NCBI RefSeq assembly: GCF_003704095.1
Contig: NW_020846216.1
Span: forward strand, 186,001 to 250,000
Direction of reading: 5' to 3'
DNA: 64,000 bases
DNA from: Pocillopora damicornis
Lineage: Eukaryota
The notes beneath the pieces were generated by a model. It worked only from the letters and a program-made list of their open reading frames with translations. It made no database searches and was not told the DNA's origin. Shown in pieces: positions 26,182-36,300 of this stretch. How positions within the stretch are numbered: position 1 is the stretch's first letter; every line of letters begins with the position of its first letter. The position numbers and the translations under genes were made by a program.

Positions 26182-27063
26182 TTATTCACATTTACAGTGA
26201 GTGGAAGGGCAATAACCCGCTGCGCAGTTAGATGCACACCAGACATCCATATTGGCATCGCCGGTCCAGGCCCCTGTGGCTTTGCAGACTCCTTGAGGTG
26301 GTAAAGTTGGTGGTGCTGTGGCGCCAGGGCCTTCTGTTGGGGGAGGATTCGTTGCAGGCGCATCTGTATTGGGTTTCTCTGTCATGGGCGCGTTCGTGTT
26401 TGGAGCTTCTGTAGCACCCGGTCCTCCCGCAGACACAATCTTGATATCCGCGCAGTTAACAAAGGTCTCTTGTTTCTTGCCCAGTCCTACTCCGCAGTTG
26501 CCGTTTTCGTCACAGCCCCAGTTGTTTCCCACAGTCCACCACCATTGCAGTACGCAGTGATCACATGTCAGACCTCTAGGAAGGTTAAGCTTAATCGTGA
26601 ACTTTCCATTTTGGGACGAGTGAAGCTGCCATGTGTTTGAGCCATCTGGCTGTAACAGAACGTATGTCAACTTCTCCTGAGTGATGGGAGGTTTTTCCAG
26701 TTTTCCAAGGCTGAATCGAAAGTATCCTTGATGGTTTGAGGTAATATCAATCACAACTTCGATTACTTGACCCTCCTTGTAGGTCTTTGTTATAAAACCA
26801 TCACTTGCGTACTTTCCAGGGTAGACATACTTGGGGTTTTTGTCGTGATACGCATCACCGCACACGCCACATCTCCCGTTGTTAGGCCCATTCCATTGAA
26901 CGCTGAAACCTCCGCAGTTCAGCTCGTTGTCTGTGTACTGTCTCGGACGGTTGGGGAAAAATCTCCAAGCAGAGTTTCTGCTGGCAGGATCTATCATTCT
27001 TCCGTGGCCAGCCACAGCGACTATCAAGCAGGCAGTTGCGAAAAGGCGAACGATTTCTTTCAT
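26182..27063 (-). CDS. Secreted AA15-like LPMO (copy 3, convergent with copy 2)
   Basis: Intronless 293-aa ORF: signal peptide, HGRMIDPASRNSAW, TSNHQGYF, CVLQWWW, QETFVNCADI, T/P/A linker, then CKATGAW...WCASNCAAGYCPSTHCKC. Confidence 0.92.
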   Translation of the reverse strand: MKEIVRLFATACLIVAVAGHGRMIDPASRNSAWRFFPNRPRQYTDNELNCGGFSVQWNGPNNGRCGVCGDAYHDKNPKYVYPGKYASDGFITKTYKEGQVIEVVIDITSNHQGYFRFSLGKLEKPPITQEKLTYVLLQPDGSNTWQLHSSQNGKFTIKLNLPRGLTCDHCVLQWWWTVGNNWGCDENGNCGVGLGKKQETFVNCADIKIVSAGGPGATEAPNTNAPMTEKPNTDAPATNPPPTEGPGATAPPTLPPQGVCKATGAWTGDANMDVWCASNCAAGYCPSTHCKCE

Positions 27064-29319
27064 TCTAATCTAAATTGTCACAAACGTAACTGATGATACT
27101 CGGGTTGACCCGGCTAAATCTCCTTAGAAAATGAACTTACACAAGAGAGACTCAAGTTTAAATAAAGTGCTACTGAGGCTAATGAAGACTCTTTATAAGT
27201 ATCAAACAATAGGGTGACAAATTGCGTCCTTGAAAAGAAAAAAATAGATGCATCTACACGTACGCTATTCCGGGGATGAAAAGGATTTTCACCTTAAAAG
27301 GCTGGGTAAATAGGCTTGCTGTATTCTTTGTGGTTTTGTAAATATTGCTTGGGGCGTAGATTCTGTGAAAAGGCAAAATATTTATTCAGGAGGTTGTAGG
27401 ACCAACAAAACTGAACAAATGTTTCCGGTTAACAATATCGCAATATATAATATTATCATTGAGCCAACAATGACCAATATTTCAAGATCGATGGTTGTAA
27501 TAAAAAAAAAAAGCAAAAGCTTCGGAACTCCGAGAAAAAGAGGGAGAAACACGCCCTAATAAACAAGATCCATGTATTTTAATCTTCGCGTTTAAAAGAT
27601 CACTTATCGGATGAATTCATGAGATCAATAGGAAAATGTCACAGTATTAACCTTAGACTCCTCTAAAAGCGATCGTCACTAATATCCAAAGAAGTACATT
27701 TTTGGGGGGAATCTTTCAGCATAAAATGCTTTATTTGCCAGCGAAATAAGCGGCAAGCCCGAACGGAGAGTAAAACGAATAGAGGGCATTCATTTTATAA
27801 TTTTTGAATAGAATGGAGCTTCACGCCGAGAATTCAATTATTCGCCTAGTTTTTTACTTTCGCTGATGTCTCAGAATATCTATAATTTATGAGAAAGCAC
27901 TGTTTTTAGGAAATATTAGATTGGCTACTGATTTTCTTACACCGAAGTGTTCAATAACTCGAACTTAGAAAATTATAATTTGACCTTGATGTTTCTCTAT
28001 GCTGGGGCATTTTTACGAACGGTTTGCCAGAGAGGCGTTTTTAAACTTTAAACAGTTCGCTCATACTCAACAAAAGATTGCTTTATTTTTCTTGTCTAGA
28101 TAAGCGTGCAACTCAAATTGCATTGTTAACCTCATTCCTTCATTGTTCTATATTTTGTATTTAATATGTAATGCGTCAGGCCGCCGAGAAACAATAATGT
28201 CAGCGGTTTTTTTTTAGCCAGGGCTTTACAATTCGGTCGCCTTTGAAAGTTTCATAATTCTTTGAGAAGCTTTGCGAAGGACAATTTTCCTTTTACGAAA
28301 TATATTCAGAAACTTACCCCTATTGTCATTCTCATTTAATCCTTTCTTCATTTACAAAAATTTTTGCCTTAAACTTAGCAAACAGCTTGCATTAATGGCA
28401 AACAGAGATTTTTCACTTTCAGAAGATATTTCGCTCTTGGAATTTTGTAATATCTGGCCAGAGCTAGCAGGGGGCTCTAATATAACTCTGATCCGACTTA
28501 GCAAATAAAGAAACCTTGAACGTCATTCGTGCAGCTAGGGCACGAATGACGTCTGTGTTTGAGGGGGACAGGAGACGTAGTCGAGTATTTATTTCTATAT
28601 CTTGAGTTCTCTAGCCGCTTCCTTCCTTCCTTCCAGGTCCTCCATTAAAGAGTTATCATGATCACGTTTGCAAACACGGCTATGATTTTCAAGAACTTCG
28701 AATGCATGTGTACTCGTACTGATTTTTAAGTTGTCGCTGCTCAGTCTGATCATAACAACAAAAGTTCATGAAATGCAAGATTCTTGTCAAGTTCCTGAAC
28801 AGTTTAACAAAGCTTTCTTTACAAGTTTAGTCATTGAAAGCAAGTTGGACAGAACATTGTTTGCCGCAATTATAAAAATAGAATTTCTAAGAGTGTTGCT
28901 TTAATTAGTTAATTTCGATAGTTTCTTGATAAATATATTTAGGAGCATCGAGGACGATGCTCACTCACTCTAAGAAGGGAAGCATGTTATGAAGTATTTA
29001 GTTAGTCAGTTCAGTAATTTAAGTTATTCTTTTATATTTAGAATGTAGCTACTAGGAATTCAAAGTGTAAAGTTATTTGGGTTTGCGCTGTCACGATGAG
29101 TTTCCGAATTGTCTCTGTTTTGTCTAGCTTCCAAGTGGATGTGCGTAGTTTGTCAACTAACTTTGGTTTGATTTGGACCTACACGGAAGCTCTTTTTCTG
29201 GCTAACACAGTCAGAGGTTGATTTAGTTGATCGGAAGTATTAAAAACTTTCTTGTTCATTTCGAAGGTCTCGTGTAAAATTGTTTGGGTTGGTTTTATAA
29301 CAATAATAGAGGACAACAA

Positions 29320-29535
29320 TCATTTGAACTCATGACCTCTGAGATAAGGTACTATGCTCTACCATCTAAGCAAACAGGTCAATTGGGACGGAGCTGGTCA
29401 TTTTTTTGCTTCGTAATATACCCGTGAAATGATGAATCAATGACTGTAAATATATAAAAATCATACGTGTGAACCGCGGTTTAAGAAGTGAATTTAAAAG
29501 TGATCTTCGCAGTGATGAACACTACTGAAGCAGTT
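29320..29535 (-). mobile_element. Degenerate tRNA-derived SINE-like repeat
   Basis: The minus strand reads ...gcttagatggtagagcatagtaccttatctcagaggtcatgagttcaaa, with A-box/B-box-like motifs. No intact cloverleaf. Confidence 0.5.
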
Positions 29536-30978
29536 ATTTCAAATGACTAGAAGTGAGAAAAAAATACAGTATTGACTCTATTCATCCAGTGTATATCTCA
29601 GTTAATTTCAATAACAATACATGTCTAGCCGAATAAACACAGCGGTCAAATGTCTGCGGGAGTGCGAACGTTGCAATGACTTAGTGCTGTGCTTTTAAGC
29701 TTTCAGAACCAAGTTGTATTACACGTAAACGACCGCACAGGCCAGTAATTCACGGTGTTTTGAAATCGTCGATGTTTTTGGTAAAACTGAAATTAGAATG
29801 GTAAATCAACAGGATACATGTACTTGAATTAGCTTTGTGTTCGAAAAGTCTCGAATTTTCGTTTTTCCTACTTTTATTGCTATGGACGTTTCGAATTTCC
29901 TTTTTGCTTTCTTTTTGAGACAGCAGTTGTTTCAACACAGCAGTCACGGTTGCACATGCGCACTTAGATTCAAGCGGCATGGGTAATGTAGAGAACTCGA
30001 ATGAGACGTAGTTTTTTATAGCTTCTAATAAAATTTCAAAGTTTCTAAAGCCAAGACTTTTATATATTGTTGTTTCCACCCATTACTCTCTATTTTCAAA
30101 CAAATTTTAATACACGAATGAATGAATATAGGTAATGGCTTTGGCGCCCGCCACAATTCCTCCGGAGCCTTACATAATCCACGACCGGAAGTTTGTGGTT
30201 CAATTCCTCACAAAGAACCAGTTTTTTCTTTGTCCCCCCTAAAGTATCGTCGAAATCTCTTAGTTGATCTTTCTCACTTTGTACTAGCTTACACTCTCGT
30301 AGTTTGTTTCACACTTCGCATGGCGACGTGATAAGGTCGTCTGGAGGCTTGGCCGTGGCTGGCTGTTGTTATCCTTTGCTGTGTTAATAGTGTAGTTGGC
30401 GGTAAACACCGAGGGAAATGTGTGAAAAAAAAGAGGGACCATGTATAGCCATGCAATATCTCTTATGACGATAGCTGGTCTTTGTTTATCGCAGAAAGTA
30501 GAGGAGAATGAACTGCAGGAGCAGAGAATGTTGGCGTATTTCCCGGGATAGACATGCTCAACACATGCACAACAGAAATTCTCTTCACTGACTGTCAAAC
30601 AAGTTTGTTTCAAAGCTTTGAGAATTTAGTGACAGATCAGTAACATTACAGGGACCTCGCGTCGATGACCCTTGAAATTCTCGCTAGCTCTCTGCTTCCT
30701 TAAATAGCGATATCGTTGGGAGATTTGTAAAATGATCAAATCTAAACAGCAGAAAAGTTCGAGCCTTCGATTAAACAAATCAAACACAACTGAACCGACA
30801 AACGCGGCTTCCCTGCCAATAAAAATTGTTTCACTGACTTGAACGAAGGCGGCACAATTATTTGAAATAGAATTAATCAGCTGTGGCTTCGTAAAACAGC
30901 TAAGCTCATCTCCGAAAACACTCTTAGTAATTCTCAAACCAGGGAGATACAGCTCTGGATAGAAGCAGAGATGTAACG

Positions 30979-31660
30979 AATTTAAGAAAATGAACGACAC
31001 TTTTAAAATTAAAAAACATGTTTCCACTGTTCTTCTGTCATCTTCAGTTCTAAATAATACAAAGTACAAAGTTGAATTTAAAGTGTGTAAGAAAATGCTG
31101 ATTGGACAAAAGAAACAATAGTAACAGAATGATGTATGCATTTACAAGGAAAGTTTCAAGTTGGTGATTAAGAGTAGGTTTCCCCCATTGAATTTGGATA
31201 GCTTTGATTTTAAGTTGAAAGTTGTAGAAGCGTGATCTAGGATGTTAAAATACTCATCAGAACAAACAGTGCGACATTGTGGAGAATTGTGTAGATGTCT
31301 GAAAATTTGACAGGTCCTATCACTGACCAAGTGCTCACGTAGGCGTGTGGATAAATATTTAGAGGTTGACGAAACCCCTCGACATTTATTCACACGCGTA
31401 TGCGTGAGTACTTGGTCAGTGATAACACGTCGGCGAAACCTCGACATTTATCCACACGCGTACGTGAGTACTTGGTCAGTGATAGCATGTCGGTTGAATC
31501 ACTCGACATTTATCTACACGCGTACGTAAGCACTTGGTCAGTGATAGGACCTCTCACGTTTTCAGACATCTACACAATTCTCCACAGTGTCGCACTCTTT
31601 GTCAAGAACTGTCGAAACATGTTTTTTAGTTTTAAAAGTGTCGTTCATTTTCTTAAATTT
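30979..31660. mobile_element. Penelope-like retroelement remnant (GIY-YIG endonuclease 3' end) in inverted arrangement, with degenerate hammerhead motif
   Basis: The minus strand encodes STRLREHLVSDRTCQIFRHLHNSPQCRTVCSDEYFNILDHASTTF, typical of the PLE GIY-YIG C-terminus. The same segment recurs inverted at about 31500-31600, there are three roughly 60-nt tandem units at 31370-31545, and outer inverted repeats lie at 30979-31035 and 31604-31660. Confidence 0.75.
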
Positions 31661-33139
31661 GAGATACAGTTTCTTATTAGGAAATACAACACCTTAACTG
31701 TTCTTCATTAAAACAAAGAGAATCCCTTTTCCCCTTTGTTTGAGACACAAATCAATTCATTCTTTTTGCGATTTTGACCTTTCCATGTCTTTCTTTCTTT
31801 CATTTTTTTNNNNNNNNNNNNNNNNNNNNNNNNNNNNNNNNNNNNNNNNNNNNNNNNNNNNNNNNNNNNNNNNNNNNNNNNAAAGACATTAAAAATGTTA
31901 CGGGGTACGAAAATTGAGCCAAAAAAGGCATGTTCAAGTGGTGAAGGATCCTAGTCGTTTTCATACTAGCACTTCGATTTGCTTTGTATTAAAATCGATT
32001 TTTAGAATCACTGCCAATCATATTGGGTTTCCTCATTCGTGATGTTGAGAAAGAAAATCAGTGGGAGAGGGTTGATTTGTTACAAGCCCATGTAAGCTTC
32101 ATTCTGTTTCAAATCATCATATCATAACATGGAAGCCAATTTTGCCAGCTAAAAGTAACTGTGAGAAGTTAGAGAAGTTCGTGAACAAAGCAAAGCTTAT
32201 TTGAAGTCAAGATGCTTTTTGATTACAGTATAAACTAAACACCAGGAGCCGTGGAGCGCCTTAAATTTGTTTGACTACTCGACACCCGCTCACGTTAGAC
32301 CTGCCATTTCCTCTAAAAAAATCGCTGTTCTATTTCTGGCACATGAAGTCAAAGAACGATGAAATATACTTCGAGAACCAAATCACATAATAAAAAAGGA
32401 AAAAGGTCACTCTCCGTGTGAAACACAACAAAAATATCGTTCAAAGATTTTTATTTTAAGTCGACAATTTTCAACTTCACCTCGCCCTCTCTAGGAAAAC
32501 TATTTCTTTTCACCGTCAGTAGACAAAAAATTGTTGAAACTTCACAACTAGATAACTCTAAGGACAGAAATCGATATTCAATATAAATAGATAACTAGAT
32601 AACTCTTAGAACGGAAAATCAATGTTCAATATAAATAAAATACCCCAACAAATGTAGCATGGAAGTTTCAAATAGTGTTTTTCATTTAAATTCATGTCAG
32701 AAAAAATTTTAAAATATATTCAATATTATTAATAAAAATTCACTTTACACCCAAACAATCGAAAGAAGACGGTAAGATGTTTCCATTAACCGTTAAATTG
32801 CTGCTTGAAGTTTCAAATAATACCAGCTTCCGCGATTTCGGAAACTTCATATTTCAGCTACAATTTCACGTATCCGTTGTTTTACATGATCTCTCAGGCG
32901 ATTTTCTCTTCTGAAATTGAACAAACCATTGTTCAACGGGTTGAACGTCACAAAACTTGAATCAAACAATCACAACGGTCAATCAAAACAAAGGAAACAT
33001 AACAAGGAGCCAATGAGAACCCCTGGTCATAACAAGTAACCTGCCTCAGTGGCGGGAAAACGCGGGTGACTAAGTCGCGGTTTGATTCAGTATTGGATAT
33101 GATTGGTTGAGAAGCTGGTGCGACTCATAGATAAATCAT

Positions 33140-33300
33140 CGAATTACTTTTGGCCTCTGTTTCCGAGCGAGTCCTGGTGCTCATGCTTTCATACGTCATA
33201 GGTTTTCATTCACATCCGAATTAAACTCATTTTCACACGAACGGTTGACCACCAGGCCTTGTTTTGAAAAAGAGGCCAAAGTTTATTCAGAAATGGCCTC
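33140..33300. mobile_element. Palindromic MITE
   Basis: gaattacttttggcctctgtttc ... ttgaaaaagaggccaaagtttattc inverted arms. Confidence 0.55.
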
Positions 33301-33382
33301 TACAAGTGCGGATTCCTCTTAACACTGAATTGAAAATTGTTCAATAGTCGCATTGAGGTTACACGAGCTTTGTAGCTCCTCT

Positions 33383-36300
33383 TTACTGGTCAACTGCGTC
33401 ATTTGTCTTTTCTGCCGCCGACTGGAGTAGTTTCATCATTTCTCTGTTTTCAAAAATCTCTGCGTTTTTCAGCGGTGTAAAGCCGTAAAGGTCTCGCGAG
33501 TTCAAATCAACGCCGCACTCCAACAAAAATTTAACCGTGTTCACATTATTTCGACAAACAGCCTAAAAACAATGGAAAAAAAGGGAAAAACATATCAGTA
33601 TTTCACCGTGCACCACGCCCTATTTTTAACTCAAAATCACAAGCAGTCAGCCACTTAACTAACATATTAAAAACACGAGAGACAGACTGTTTCCTCTATT
33701 TAGCTCCGAGCTATTTTACCTCAGTATGAGAGAAATAATTGAACAAACTCACCACATGTAAAGCCGTTCTCCTGTCGTAATCACCAACATTAAAATCAAC
33801 TCCAGCTAAGTGCCAGGCCCGCAATCTATCGACCTTATCATCAGCGGCAAGAGAGCATATTTCAAGGGCTGTGTTCACGGTGGTGGGTCCTAAATGAGCC
33901 CCAAACTCCCTGAGAAGTAAAATGGCCTCCTCGTTATTACTACGAATGGCATCGTGCAAAGGGGTTTGTCCATGATTATCGAAAACGTGCGGCGAGGCAC
34001 CTTTCTCCAGAAGATACCGAATGACTTGCAGCTGACCCTCCAGGCATGCTACATGAATCGGAGTGCGGCCATCGTGACTTGTAGCAGCGCTTAATAAACC
34101 ACCCTGTAAACAAAATACGAAACAAATTATATGTTGCGTGAGGGAACCAATTAGATTGCAAGCGTGGTTCTGAAGCACAAAGCACTTCCATTAAAGCCAA
34201 TATTTCATCCCTGCTTCTTAGCCTCACAGGATGAGTGCTTTTCATCAAAGGCCAAGTCATTAAGGAAATCAATTGTTTGGGACTTAGATCCTCGCCAACT
34301 TCAGATATATACCTGTTGACGCAGGTCTTCCATAGCATCAATGTCGCCCCTTCCTGCAGCGTGACACATTAACACTGGAAATAATGCTTGCTTGATGAAC
34401 CTCACTTCCTGTAATAGAAATATGTGTGACACAGAAAAACAGTAAGTATGACAATCCAAAAGCCCAGAGCAATCCCGATTTAAGTTTCGTCCGCTACGCA
34501 CCGTTGAAACACCTAAATAAGTCATGATTGGCTTAGATTTTACATCTTAAAAGTTTGTTACATTGTACTTTTTCCAAGTCAGTTAACTGAGAGTACAAAA
34601 CAAATTGAAATACCCAGGGAATGGTAAGGAAGTGCTTCTAAGAGTGAACTTAGAAGATTTCACAGCTGTCTTTTCTTGTCACGCATGGGAGTGTTGCGTA
34701 AGAAGCCAAAATGAGGCCCTTTTTTCAGGCTGGCGGTGTGTAAAATTCCTTTATCTTAAGTAAGGAAAAGAGTAAGGAGATGAATTGTTACGACCTGATG
34801 AATGAACAATCAATGTATATTAGTAGCTCGAGAGAAAACTCTGAGTCGCAAAAACGTTTCCATCGTCCGTCACTTCCAGTCCACTATGATAAGGTAGAAA
34901 ATACTTGGTTACACCATCCTAGTACAAAAAAAAAATCTATATATAGCACCTTAACCAGGAGATATCAACGAAAGCAGTTCTAGCTACTTTCGAAATCCCT
35001 TGAAATCACTCAGAAATACCAGGAAAAAAAAAGGCAAAAAAAAGGCGTGGTAGGGAGCTTATTGCTAACGCCGATCTAAGCTTTGCTCACCTCGGTTGAA
35101 CCGACTTTGAAATGTGAAGCCACTGCATCGATCAGTTCATTGTCCCGCAAAGAAAACTGTTGCATATTTTCGTCTTTGTACGGTGTCAACTCTCCACNNN
35201 NNNNNNNNNNNNNNNNNNNNNNNNNNNNNNNNNNNNNNNNNNNNNNNNNNNNNNNNNNNNNNNNNNNNNNNNNNNNNNNNNNNNNNNNNNNNNNNNNNNN
35301 NNNNNNNNNNNNNNNNNNNNNNNNNNNNNNNNNNNNNNNNNNNNNNNNNNNNNNNNNNNNNNNNNNNNNNNNNNNNNNNNNNNNNNNNNNNNNNNNNNNN
35401 NNNNNNNNNNNNNNNNNNNNNNNNNNNNNNNNNNNNNNNNNNNNNNNNNNNNNNNNNNNNNNNNNNNNNNNNNNNNNNNNNNNNNNNNNNNNNNNNNNNN
35501 NNNNNNNNNNNNNNNNNNNNNNNNNNNNNNNNNNNNNNNNNNNNNNNNNNNNNNNNNNNNNNNNNNNNNNNNNNNNNNNNNNNNNNNNNNNNNNNNNNNN
35601 NNNNNNNNNNNNNNNNNNNNNNNNNNNNNNNNNNNNNNNNNNNNNNNNNNNNNNNNNNNGCGCTGCCTCGACCGTCATATCATTTCCTGAAATCACACCA
35701 GCTTCCACCAAAACCTAACACAGAGGCAAATACAGCTTGAAGTCACTCCAACCTACTCAAATTAGAAAATAGATGGAGAAATTTTCAATTGAAAGTCGAA
35801 AGTAATTGCAGGGATTTCGTTTGTATTTTCTTACTACAACGGAAACCCATCTGTTCATTTGCATCTTGATTAAAGTTTTGTGTAGAAGGAAGAATGAGTA
35901 GCTTTATAGCTCATTTTTTCGCAACAGAGTCGCCTTTCTTTTCACCAAACACCTAATTGACTGCAAGCTTAGCAGGCTGGCATCTTGTTGAATACGAATA
36001 CTGCCCGTTGTTATTTACTTCGCTCTCTAAACATTAGCGTCACATGTTGAGGGAGTTGCAGGGTGCTCTACAGTTATTTCTCAGTGCGCACTTTGATTGG
36101 TCCAAAGAAAACTCACGCCATTCACTCAACCAATCAGATGGAAAACCAAAGCCACACGTGACATGGTCACTCGCATTTTCTCGCCTTTCTGGCGGTTCGT
36201 CTGCTCTTATCCTGAGTTCTAATTGGCTCTTTGTGACATTTATATTTGTTCTGATTTGCCATGACAATGATTACATTGATTATAGCATTACAACTGAATC

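Noticed and set aside
21371-27063. Bacterial horizontal transfer or contamination as the source of the intronless LPMOs
   Set aside because: The motifs are of the animal AA15 type rather than bacterial AA10, and the genes lie among host repeats with AATAAA signals downstream.
29750-30960. Protein-coding ORFs of 109-171 aa between the LPMOs and ASPG B
   Set aside because: No recognisable domain or convincing exon chain; a non-coding transcript cannot be excluded.
31370-31545. CRISPR-like repeat array
   Set aside because: The units are tandem copies of retroelement coding sequence with no unique spacers, there are no cas genes, and the context is eukaryotic.
35076-35740. Long ORFs in the track spanning X runs
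   Set aside because: Artefacts of translating through N-gaps; only the ASPG exon ends are real.
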